From positions 10,456 to 74,455 of the forward strand of contig CAYSDH010000001.1 in the NCBI GenBank assembly GCA_964429805.1: 64,000 nucleotides of DNA, written 5' to 3'. Below the pieces are notes generated by a model, which worked only from the letters and a program-made list of their open reading frames with translations, did not search any database and was not told where the DNA came from. Of this stretch, positions 1 through 8,928 are shown piece after piece. Made by a program: the position numbers and the translations under genes. How positions within the stretch are numbered: the first letter of the stretch is position 1; each line of letters begins with the position of its first letter. This DNA is from an uncultured Flavobacteriales bacterium. Its GTDB lineage: Bacteria > Bacteroidota > Bacteroidia > Flavobacteriales_D > JABDKJ01.

Positions 1-62
1 ATGAGAAAGCATATGCTGAATTCTATCAGCAGGTTTTTTCTGAAGAGTCCGCCCTGGTTTGA
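1..62 (+). CDS. 3' end of an upstream CDS (partial, product unknown)
   Basis: Frame 3 is open from the window edge and reads EKAYAEFYQQVFSEESALV, with stop TGA at 60-62. Frame 1 is also open (to 90), so the frame is not certain. No product can be assigned from 20 residues. Confidence 0.3.
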   Translation, partial: EKAYAEFYQQVFSEESALV

Positions 63-82
63 ATTGAAAGAAAACATATCAC

Positions 83-1441
83 ATGACTAACACTATGGTG
101 CGGCCACTAATGGCCGCCCTCTTTTTAGGCCTCATACTTTTTTCCTCTTGTGCCAAAGACGAGGAGTATCTTGGTTTAGACCTGCAGCCCGAAGGTGAAC
201 TTCTAAATGTGTTTATTACTGATACCGTTACCCTGCTGACACACAATGTGCCGGGTGACTCGTCTCAGACTAGTCTACCGCAAGCGACTTTCTTGCTTGG
301 TGAGATTAATGACCCTGTCTTTGGTCAAGTTAAGAGCAGTGTCTACACGGCATTTAGATTGAGTGGTTTGAGCCCAGACTTTGGCACTGACTTCGAATGC
401 GACTCACTCGTGCTTTCCTTGTCATACAATTTTCAAGACAGCATATACGGTGAGCCTGGACAAGCTTTGACCTTTTCTGTGAAGGAACTGATGACCGCTT
501 TGGAAAGTGACTCTAGTTACTACTCCACTAATGGAGATGACATTAGCCTTCTGCCAGACGAGCTTATTTTGGCTGGTGCCGAGACGCTTAGTCCAAGCCA
601 AGGTCAGACTGTGGTTGGAGTAGACACCTTGAGCAATCAGTTGCGCGTGCACCTTGACCCCGCTTATGCAGAGAGCAAATTTGTGGTAGATGCGGCAGAG
701 ACAGATTTGGAGTCTACAGAAAACTTCCTTGAGTACTTTAAAGGACTTAACATTACCGTACAGTTAGCTAATGCTGGTGATGTAGGCTCCATCAGTACTT
801 TTGACGCCAATGCTTCTGCCACAAAAATGACCATGTACTACAGGTCATTAAACGCTGAAAACGTGATTGACACGGCAGAATTTGATTTCTTCATCAACAT
901 TGTATCCCAGCGTTTTTTACGCTTCGATCTTGACCCGACTGCCGGACTTGGCATGCCTCTTCAACTCGCATTTGAAGATAGCACAATAGGGCAGCAAGAC
1001 CTCTACATTCAAGGATTGACGGGCGCCAACATCATGGTCAACATGCCTCACATTATGAACTTTGCAGACTCCAATGATGTGGCCATTAACAAAGCTGAAA
1101 TAGTACTTGAAGTAAACCCTATGAATGGGCAGAACGAGGCCCTTTTCCCGTTTCCTAACAGGATCTTTGGGGTATTTACTAATAGCAGTGGCGTCATTAG
1201 CTCTATTCCCGATATATTTGAGGGAGAGACGCATAGTGACGGTTTTTATGACCAGGACGATGGAGAATACAGGGTAAACGTCACCCGATTTATCCAACAA
1301 GTACTGACTGGTGAAATTGAAAACTCAGCGCTACGGCTTCTCCCAATCAGTAATACAGGGACACCGAATTACGTGCAACTGTATGGTGCAGAAAATCCGA
1401 TGGGACCTGCCCGATTGGAGATAACTTACACCAAATACTAG
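83..1441 (+). CDS. Putative lipoprotein (DUF4270-like by size and position upstream of glmS)
   Basis: 452-aa ORF with a lipoprotein signal (LGLILFSSCAKD) and no enzymatic motifs. A lipoprotein of about 450 aa immediately upstream of glmS is a common Bacteroidota arrangement. The family assignment is from memory of synteny, not from an alignment. Confidence 0.6.
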   Translation: MTNTMVRPLMAALFLGLILFSSCAKDEEYLGLDLQPEGELLNVFITDTVTLLTHNVPGDSSQTSLPQATFLLGEINDPVFGQVKSSVYTAFRLSGLSPDFGTDFECDSLVLSLSYNFQDSIYGEPGQALTFSVKELMTALESDSSYYSTNGDDISLLPDELILAGAETLSPSQGQTVVGVDTLSNQLRVHLDPAYAESKFVVDAAETDLESTENFLEYFKGLNITVQLANAGDVGSISTFDANASATKMTMYYRSLNAENVIDTAEFDFFINIVSQRFLRFDLDPTAGLGMPLQLAFEDSTIGQQDLYIQGLTGANIMVNMPHIMNFADSNDVAINKAEIVLEVNPMNGQNEALFPFPNRIFGVFTNSSGVISSIPDIFEGETHSDGFYDQDDGEYRVNVTRFIQQVLTGEIENSALRLLPISNTGTPNYVQLYGAENPMGPARLEITYTKY

Positions 1442-1451
1442 CGAAAATATC

Positions 1452-3299
1452 ATGTGTGGAATAGTTGGATATCTAGGAGAAAAGGAAGCCTACCCGATTC
1501 TCTTAGGCGGTTTAAAGCGCCTTGAATACAGAGGATATGATAGTGCCGGAGTGGCCTTGATGAACGGAGGAGATGTTGAAGTATTTAAGTGCAAAGGGAA
1601 AGTGGTCAATCTTGAGAACCTCCCAAAAGGAGATGCTGTCAAGAGTACCATTGGAATAGGCCACACGCGCTGGGCCACACACGGACCACCAAACGATGTT
1701 AACGCGCACCCTCACCAATCTGGCAACGGAGACCTTGCGATAATCCACAATGGAATAATCGAGAACTACGGGCCACTAAAGGCGGAGCTTGAAAACCGTG
1801 GTTACGAGTTTCACAGCGACACGGATACTGAAGTGTTGGTCAACCTCATTCAGGAAGTTCACAAGAACAATGAAGGAAAAGGGATGGTGGAATCCGTAAG
1901 GATAGCACTTACCGAGGTGATTGGCGCATACGCCATCGTTATTCTGGACAAGAAGAATCCAGACCAGCTCATTGCTGCAAAAATGGGTAGTCCGCTGGTG
2001 GTTGGTATTGGCGAAGAAAACGAGTTCTTTTTTGCTTCTGATGCCACACCGATAATTGAGTACACCAAAAATGTGGTGTACCTAGAAGATGGAGAGATAG
2101 CGCGCGTAGACAGGAATGAGGGGCTGCGCATCATGACCATCGAAAACAAAGAGATTACGCCTTACATGCAAGAATTGGAGATGAACCTTGAGGCCTTAGA
2201 GCTGCAAGGTTATGACCACTTCATGCTTAAAGAGATTAACGAGCAGCCACGCTCTGTGCTCGACTCTATGCGCGGACGTGTCAATGTGCGTCAAGGAAAA
2301 GTACAGCTTGGTGGTATGCGCGAATACATGGGGCGACTGAAGAATGCTGACCGCATCATTATAGTCGCTTGTGGTACCTCATGGCACGCAGGACTTGTAG
2401 CCGAGTACATGATAGAAGATGTGGCGCGCATTCCTGTTGAGGTAGAGTACGCTTCAGAGTTTAGGTATAGAAATCCGGTGATCTCTGAGAATGATGTAAT
2501 CATCGCTATATCTCAGTCAGGGGAAACCGCTGATACGCTAGCCGCCATTAAGATGGCTAAGGAAAAAGGCGCCATGATTTACGGTATTTGTAATGTGATT
2601 GGCTCGTCTATTCCGCGAGAAACTCACTCAGGCTCTTACACACATGCTGGACCAGAGATTGGTGTAGCATCTACTAAGGCATTTACCGCTCAGTTGACCG
2701 TTCTAACGCTGATGGCCATGTCATTGGGTTATGAAAAAGGTACCATCTCGCAGTCTAAGTTCCAACGACTGTTGATGGAGCTAGACCAGATACCTAAGAA
2801 AATTGAGACTGTACTCAAGACTGACGAGCAGGTCAAGTACATCGCATCTATATACAAGGACGCACCTAACATGCTATATCTAGGCCGTGGAGTTAACTTC
2901 CCTGTGGCACTAGAAGGGGCATTGAAGCTCAAAGAGATATCATACATCCATGCTGAAGGATATCCGGCTGCAGAGATGAAGCACGGGCCCATTGCCCTGA
3001 TTGACGAAGAGATGCCAGTGATTGTTGTGGCGACAAAGGACTCCTCGTACGAGAAGGTGGTGAGTAACATACAAGAAGTGAAGGCGCGTGGAGGAAAAGT
3101 AGTGGCGATTATTACTGAGGGTGATGAGCAGGTGAAGGAAATGGCTGACCACAGCATTGAAATACCGAGTACGGCAGATATCCTAGTGCCCTTTTTAGCA
3201 GTCGTCCCACTTCAGTTACTCTCGTATCATATTGCCGTCATGCGTGACTGTAATGTGGATCAACCGAGGAACCTAGCCAAGTCGGTGACAGTAGAATAA
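1452..3299 (+). CDS. glmS: Glutamine--fructose-6-phosphate aminotransferase (isomerizing)
   Basis: N-terminal MCGIVGY (Ntn Cys glutaminase), SIS-domain motifs (ACGTSWHAG, SQSGETADT), typical C-terminus KSVTVE, 615 aa. Confidence 0.97.
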   Translation: MCGIVGYLGEKEAYPILLGGLKRLEYRGYDSAGVALMNGGDVEVFKCKGKVVNLENLPKGDAVKSTIGIGHTRWATHGPPNDVNAHPHQSGNGDLAIIHNGIIENYGPLKAELENRGYEFHSDTDTEVLVNLIQEVHKNNEGKGMVESVRIALTEVIGAYAIVILDKKNPDQLIAAKMGSPLVVGIGEENEFFFASDATPIIEYTKNVVYLEDGEIARVDRNEGLRIMTIENKEITPYMQELEMNLEALELQGYDHFMLKEINEQPRSVLDSMRGRVNVRQGKVQLGGMREYMGRLKNADRIIIVACGTSWHAGLVAEYMIEDVARIPVEVEYASEFRYRNPVISENDVIIAISQSGETADTLAAIKMAKEKGAMIYGICNVIGSSIPRETHSGSYTHAGPEIGVASTKAFTAQLTVLTLMAMSLGYEKGTISQSKFQRLLMELDQIPKKIETVLKTDEQVKYIASIYKDAPNMLYLGRGVNFPVALEGALKLKEISYIHAEGYPAAEMKHGPIALIDEEMPVIVVATKDSSYEKVVSNIQEVKARGGKVVAIITEGDEQVKEMADHSIEIPSTADILVPFLAVVPLQLLSYHIAVMRDCNVDQPRNLAKSVTVE

Positions 3300-3310
3300 A
3301 ATCCACCCGA

Positions 3311-5623
3311 ATGACCTTTCAAAGTAAAAGTCCGTGGAGCGGAGCGTTATTTGCTCTGACTTTTACTTTTATCATGCTATTCACCTTTTATGGTGAGGTG
3401 CTACTTCATGCAAATTCTTATTTGTTCTCTAGCACAGGAGATGGGATGAAGAACTATTTCGCCCTGCTATTTCACCTGAAACATGACTCTGACCTCGTTC
3501 ATTTTCAAGGGATGAACTATCCTTTTGGAGACATGATGTTCTATACCGATGGAAACCCACTCCTTTTTATGATACTCGATTCGCTGAGTATATTGTTTCC
3601 AAGAGTAAATGAATATGCAGTCGGAATCTATAATATTTCAGTATTGCTGTCCTTACCTCTCGGAGCCCTCTTTATATCGTTGATATTCCACCGATTTGAA
3701 GTCCATGGATGGATAAATGGCCTCTTTTCCTTAGCCATCATCATGTTCTCACCTCAAATCTCTCGATGGGGCGGGCATATGACTCTAGGATATGTGTGGG
3801 TAATTCCGGCATCTATTCACTTTATGCTTGGAACTCGACTAAACAGTAGAAAACTATACTCCTGTCTCGGGTTATTCGTTACGCTAGGCGCAGCTTTCCT
3901 TTTACACCCCTACCTCGCTGTAATTTCTGCGGCTTTGATACTTGCAACATTATTCTTTGACCTGCTGAAACAACTTCCTACCACGCTCACCTCCTACCAA
4001 CTTCCACTCTATACACTGATTGGAACACTCGCCCCTTTGTTCATCTATATGGTCTCTATCAAGCTCCTAGATCCGTTTGATGGTCGATCCACAAAGCCCT
4101 TTGGCTTTTATCACTACCACGCTGAATTAGGGAGTGTTTTTCTACCACCTCACGGTCCAATCAAAGCGTTTCTAGTCCCAATTTTCGAATTCTTCAAGTT
4201 CACCTATTCAGAATATGCCTACGAAGGCATTTCGTATATCGGACTGGTTGGCGTATTGTTCTGCTTGGTCTTCATCTATGGCAGTATTCGAAGAAAGTCT
4301 GTCTTTTCAAATCCTCTTTTAGGGAGTATCTTCTTTTCAAGCATTTTGCTTTTACTCTTCGCTTTGTGCCTTCCTTTTCGATTTGGTGGCGTGTTTTACA
4401 AATTGGCCGATTCGGTGGACCTAATTAGACAGTTCAGAGGTCTCGGACGATTTGCTTGGCCATTTACTTATCTCACCTGCATGTTTAGTCTGTTGTACTT
4501 CTACAACTGGGCCAAGAAATCAGCACAATTAAAACGGTTTATTCTGCCAGTCGTATTAGCCCTAGTTGTACTACTTGAGGCCTTGCCGGGGCATCGCATG
4601 GTGTCAAAAAAAATACAAGAAGGAGAAAATTCTTTTGCGCATCTCCCGGCCGAGTTGGAAGGTATGGAATGGGAACAGTACCAATCCATATTGAGCGTTC
4701 CAGCCTTCAGAATTGGTTCAGAATACATGATGCACGAAGTGTCTGACAATCATCTTTCTGCAAATTTTTTATTGTCTTACCATACTGGACTGCCGCTGAT
4801 GAGCAGCATGATGGGACGCACAAGCGTGCCTATAACGCTAATGCAAGCCCAACTGCTTGAGCCTAACGTGATGGACAAAGAAATATGGACACATCTTAAT
4901 CAGCAGAAGAATTTTCTGTTGATAGTCGACCCTAGTTCACTGACAAAAACAGAACAACGACTCGTTGACAGAGGTGCCGCTCTAGGCAGTTTTATGGGGC
5001 ATGCACTCTATTCATTGACCTACGCATCATTGACGAAAGACGAAGGACAATTTTACAGTACTGCTTATACAAACAGCAAGCCTTGTGGGGATTTTAGTAC
5101 CTCGAGTGGCGGCTGTCAGCATGTGATTTTTGACTCTTTCAAAAGTGATGACAATACGCTACAGGGCGTAGATGGAAACGGAGCCATAAGCTCGGCAATA
5201 GATCAGTATCTCGTCCTTACTTCGTTTGAAAAGGATACGCTGGCGCCCGGTGACTATGAGGTAAGCATTTGGGAAAAAGGAAACTTCAACAGCTTCAACG
5301 GTCTATTAATCGTTCAAGAAAAACTGGGCGACCAAACGAATTGGACTGAAATAAAAGGAAAGACTAGGTTTTGGGCCACCCGAGGCGATTGGCACTTGCT
5401 GAGTCTCCCCTTTGAAGTCAAGTCAGGCGCTTCGTATGACATTTTAGTACATGGGCCAGAGTACGACAAGTCGATTGGGACATATGACAGACTGATGATT
5501 CGCCCAGTAGGGCTTGATGTCTTTCAGAAAGAGAGCGGCAAGGCCTGGTTCAACAATTTGGAAATTGGTGACGAAGCAATGTTCAATTTTCCGACTGAGC
5601 CTGACTCCTTGTCAGCACTGTAG
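3311..5623 (+). CDS. Polytopic membrane protein with large C-terminal extracytoplasmic domain (GT-C / YfhO-ArnT-like architecture, unproven)
   Basis: 770 aa. About 12 hydrophobic helices fill the first 470 aa or so, with acidic loop motifs near the N-terminus (STGDGMKNY, FGDMMFYTDGNP). A soluble domain of about 300 aa follows. Convergent with a polyprenyl-phosphate sugar synthase-like GT2 gene and overlapping its 3' end. Confidence 0.6.
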   Translation: MTFQSKSPWSGALFALTFTFIMLFTFYGEVLLHANSYLFSSTGDGMKNYFALLFHLKHDSDLVHFQGMNYPFGDMMFYTDGNPLLFMILDSLSILFPRVNEYAVGIYNISVLLSLPLGALFISLIFHRFEVHGWINGLFSLAIIMFSPQISRWGGHMTLGYVWVIPASIHFMLGTRLNSRKLYSCLGLFVTLGAAFLLHPYLAVISAALILATLFFDLLKQLPTTLTSYQLPLYTLIGTLAPLFIYMVSIKLLDPFDGRSTKPFGFYHYHAELGSVFLPPHGPIKAFLVPIFEFFKFTYSEYAYEGISYIGLVGVLFCLVFIYGSIRRKSVFSNPLLGSIFFSSILLLLFALCLPFRFGGVFYKLADSVDLIRQFRGLGRFAWPFTYLTCMFSLLYFYNWAKKSAQLKRFILPVVLALVVLLEALPGHRMVSKKIQEGENSFAHLPAELEGMEWEQYQSILSVPAFRIGSEYMMHEVSDNHLSANFLLSYHTGLPLMSSMMGRTSVPITLMQAQLLEPNVMDKEIWTHLNQQKNFLLIVDPSSLTKTEQRLVDRGAALGSFMGHALYSLTYASLTKDEGQFYSTAYTNSKPCGDFSTSSGGCQHVIFDSFKSDDNTLQGVDGNGAISSAIDQYLVLTSFEKDTLAPGDYEVSIWEKGNFNSFNGLLIVQEKLGDQTNWTEIKGKTRFWATRGDWHLLSLPFEVKSGASYDILVHGPEYDKSIGTYDRLMIRPVGLDVFQKESGKAWFNNLEIGDEAMFNFPTEPDSLSAL

Positions 5624-6581
5624 CCGTTTCAGTCGGCTCTTCACCATGTATACTTTTGATAATATAAATGGGACGGCTCCTAATTTCTCTAAGTGCTTTT
5701 TCAAAGTAGGTGGATAACACCGTAATAGTCACAAATAGAAGCGAAAAGGAAAGAGTTAAAAGCAATATGATTGTGGTGTATCCACCAGGTGGTTTTTCAT
5801 GAAAGAAGTAGATGAATAGACTGTACAATCCGAGCAGCACAGTAAACGTGATAAACATCAATGAGATGCTTATTGTCAAGCGAAGCGGCTTATCAGAAAA
5901 GGAGAAAATAGCATTGAGAGACAATCTAATCAAGCTGAAGAAGCTGTAGTTGCTTTCTCCATGAGCACGCTGTGGAGCCTCAAACTGAACGGTAGCCTTA
6001 TTAAATCCGATGGACTGTATGAACCCCCTGATGAAGCGATTTCTTTCTCTAAAGTCATTTTTCAATAAGTCTGCTACGCGTCTAGAAATGAGGAAGAAAT
6101 CAGACGCGTCTCGCTCAAATTTAAGTTCCGCTAATTTATTGAGTACAACATAAAAAAACTTGGAAGCCAGTCTCATAAATATATTCCCATCACCCCTATG
6201 AGTTCGCTCAGTGAGCACTATTTCAGCACCATCTTGAAACTCCTTTACAAGTTCAGCTATTTTCTCAGGTGGATGCTGTCCATCACTATCCATACATATC
6301 ACGGCATCTCCGTCACTGTGATCTATTCCTGCAATCATTGCCGCTTCATGACCGAAGTTCTTTGAAAAGTCAATTAATAGATGTTCGATGTTCCCGGACT
6401 TTTTCAAAAACGGTTGCAGATTTTCCAACGTGCGGTCTGCACTTCCATCATTGACCCACAGTACTTTGAATGTTTCGTCTTTAAACCCCTCAAGTACTGA
6501 GTTCAAATTTTTAGCAAATGCCCCAATACCCGCCTCTTCATTATACATGGAGATGACAATATTGAATCTTTTGTTTGACAT
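5583..6581 (-). CDS. Family 2 glycosyltransferase, polyprenyl-phosphate sugar synthase type (GtrB/CsbB/ArnC/DPM1-like)
   Basis: GT-A N-terminus (FNIVISMYNEE, VNDGSADRT, CMDSDGQHPP) followed by two C-terminal TM helices (LMFITFTVLLGLYSLFIYFF, TTIILLLTLSFSLLFVTITVL), as in GtrB-type enzymes. Confidence 0.85.
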   Translation of the reverse strand: MSNKRFNIVISMYNEEAGIGAFAKNLNSVLEGFKDETFKVLWVNDGSADRTLENLQPFLKKSGNIEHLLIDFSKNFGHEAAMIAGIDHSDGDAVICMDSDGQHPPEKIAELVKEFQDGAEIVLTERTHRGDGNIFMRLASKFFYVVLNKLAELKFERDASDFFLISRRVADLLKNDFRERNRFIRGFIQSIGFNKATVQFEAPQRAHGESNYSFFSLIRLSLNAIFSFSDKPLRLTISISLMFITFTVLLGLYSLFIYFFHEKPPGGYTTIILLLTLSFSLLFVTITVLSTYFEKALREIRSRPIYIIKSIHGEEPTETATVLTRSQAQSEN

Positions 6582-6603
6582 ATACTTAGTTGGTCTACTT
6601 TGA

Positions 6604-7452
6604 TTATTCAGCGATTCTTATCCAGAACGACCCCCCATGCTTCTCGACACCTTCGAGATTAGAGTGCTCCCAAAAAGGATTCAAAATACTACTGAGTTCT
6701 TTATCCATATGAATGAAGTAATTTGGGAGTATCGTCTGATATTTTTGCGGATTGGCCAACAAGAACATGGCTAGACCATATTGCTCAGAGTAGAATCTGT
6801 CACACATGAACTGAGGATAATCGTATGGCAGATACACGTCATGGATATGCACCACAACTCCCTTTTTGAGTTTCGGAAGTATCTCTAAAAAGAACACTAA
6901 CGCATCAGAGTTCGGAAGTATCCTGTGGGAATTATCGATGAACAAAATGTCGTTTTCTTTTAAACTCAAAATAGCATCGTGATCAACTTCTTCAAATGGT
7001 GAGCGGATGACCGAAGAAGCTAGTTCATCTATCTCAGCGCGCGGCATCGGGTCAATTGAGACAATCTCTGTGCCCAATTCATTTTCCATTTTTGCCTTGT
7101 AGGCTACTTTAGTCGAATTTCCAGAACCGACTTCAATGTACTTCTCAGGCTTCAAAGTAGCGAGCATGCAGTACATCGAAATAATATCGAGCCCAGGCAG
7201 AAAGCCATTGTTCCAAACTAGAGAAATTGAGTCAGATTCCTGGTCTGCCTTTTTTATCTGTTGGATTTTTTCCTTGTATAGCAGACAATTCTCAAGGAAC
7301 CCCTTGTAATGAGATCTATTACCATTTATGATTTCATACAAACCCGAATGAGCCTCTTTACCGTGACCGTATCGCGGCTTCATATCGACTTTATACTCGA
7401 GAAATAAAGTCTGGAACTTAGGTGATAAAAATCTATAAATCCGCTTTAGCAT
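6604..7452 (-). CDS. Class I SAM-dependent methyltransferase-like protein
   Basis: 282 aa with glycine-rich motif I (YIEVGSGNST) and an acidic residue after beta-2 (IVSIDP). Co-directional with the GT2 gene, 22-nt gap. Confidence 0.65.
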   Translation of the reverse strand: MLKRIYRFLSPKFQTLFLEYKVDMKPRYGHGKEAHSGLYEIINGNRSHYKGFLENCLLYKEKIQQIKKADQESDSISLVWNNGFLPGLDIISMYCMLATLKPEKYIEVGSGNSTKVAYKAKMENELGTEIVSIDPMPRAEIDELASSVIRSPFEEVDHDAILSLKENDILFIDNSHRILPNSDALVFFLEILPKLKKGVVVHIHDVYLPYDYPQFMCDRFYSEQYGLAMFLLANPQKYQTILPNYFIHMDKELSSILNPFWEHSNLEGVEKHGGSFWIRIAE

Positions 7453-7580
7453 TTCTGGAATACAGTTTCGTTCTCTTTCTGTGAATCAAGAGCTAGGCAG
7501 CATAACATGAGAACATTTCCTTTTGACATGGCCATAAAATATCGGTAATTCGTTAAGCCTAACATTTGATACTTAGCGCG

Positions 7581-8225
7581 ATGAAGATATATGGAATTAG
7601 CGGACTTGGTGCCAATGAGCGCGTATTCGACCATCTAAATCAATATCTGAAAGATCCTATTGAATATGTTCCATGGCTGACGCCTCACAAAAATGAAACA
7701 CTTGTTCAGTATGCACATCGCATGGCTGAGCAGCTTCCGTCCTCTGAAGACTTTGCACTCGTTGGGCTTTCTTTTGGCGGAATGATCAGTTCTGAAATTA
7801 GAAAAATTCGCAGACCGAAAAAGACCATTCTGCTCAGTTCAGCAGCATGCAAAGATGAGTTACCTCTACTCTATCGTGGTGCGGGAAAAGTGCAACTGAC
7901 CAAACTTATTCCGGCTAATCTGATGCGTGCACCTCATAGTCTGCTCCACTTTGGCATGTCACTGAAAAAAGAGGAAAACAAGCATCTGATGGACTCCATC
8001 ATGGAGGAAACGGATAGAGACTTTTTAAAATGGGCCGTGGGGGCCATCACTACTTGGGACGCTATTCAACCACCTGAGGATGTCGTGCGCATTCATGGCG
8101 ACAAAGACAGAATAATACCGCTTAAAGTAAAGGCCGACCATTTAATTAGTGGCGGACACATGATTGTGATGGAAGAAGCCGAGTTAGTTTCTAAAGCCAT
8201 CACTGAATCCTTGGCGCTCTCATAG
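7581..8225 (+). CDS. Alpha/beta hydrolase fold protein
   Basis: Nucleophile elbow GLSFGG (G-x-S-x-G) and a late His in SGGHMIVMEE. The ORF-track start at 7566 is TTG; the ATG at 7581 (MKIYGISGLG) is preferred. Confidence 0.6.
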   Translation: MKIYGISGLGANERVFDHLNQYLKDPIEYVPWLTPHKNETLVQYAHRMAEQLPSSEDFALVGLSFGGMISSEIRKIRRPKKTILLSSAACKDELPLLYRGAGKVQLTKLIPANLMRAPHSLLHFGMSLKKEENKHLMDSIMEETDRDFLKWAVGAITTWDAIQPPEDVVRIHGDKDRIIPLKVKADHLISGGHMIVMEEAELVSKAITESLALS

Positions 8226-8296
8226 AAGACCTCATGTTTTGGTCTTTTTGCTTAGACTGAAAATCAGTATTTTGAGGCCTATAATATTACTAACCA

Positions 8297-8917
8297 ATGC
8301 GAAAACTGATTTTTCTTACACTTCTTAGTATACCTCTATGGGCCTTTTCTCAAGAAGGGACGGTAACTAGTGGCGGCACAGAAGTGGCCATTAACTCTTC
8401 CCGATTGATTTCCACTTTTTTGAGCCCAGGTAGTGCGACTCTAAATGAATCCAACCAGAGCATCTTTATGCTAAAGATTAATGGTTCTGGGACTGGAGCT
8501 GTAAGAATAGGCCTTGACTTGCAGTCTGTGGTCGTCAAAGAAGATAATACAACGTCAAATATTGGCTTACTTAATTTCAAATTTGGGTATGAGGGGCGCA
8601 CATATTTAAGCGAACGCTGGGATGCGACTATTGGAGGAGACATTGTGTTTCAAGCTGAAAATTCGAAACAAGAAACTGAAGACCCTTATTTCGGCAGCAA
8701 TGAGATAACCCGAAAAAATCAACGCGTAGGGGCCGAGTTTGTGATGGGAATACAGTTCAAGTTAAGCGACCGTGTAAAGCTCTTTACAGAAGCCTATGTG
8801 CTCGGTACTTCTGACATGGACGAAACCAAATTTTCTAGTGGAAGTAATAATAAAACCACTGGGTCAACCATACAAATGATTCCGCCAAGCTCATTGTATC
8901 TATCTGTCACCTTTTAA
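8297..8917 (+). CDS. Hypothetical secreted protein, small outer-membrane beta-barrel-like
   Basis: Signal peptide MRKLIFLTLLSIPLWAFSQ, alternating hydrophobic pattern, C-terminal aromatic residue (LYLSVTF). No recognisable family. Confidence 0.5.
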   Translation: MRKLIFLTLLSIPLWAFSQEGTVTSGGTEVAINSSRLISTFLSPGSATLNESNQSIFMLKINGSGTGAVRIGLDLQSVVVKEDNTTSNIGLLNFKFGYEGRTYLSERWDATIGGDIVFQAENSKQETEDPYFGSNEITRKNQRVGAEFVMGIQFKLSDRVKLFTEAYVLGTSDMDETKFSSGSNNKTTGSTIQMIPPSSLYLSVTF

Positions 8918-8928
8918 TTTCTGAAGCC

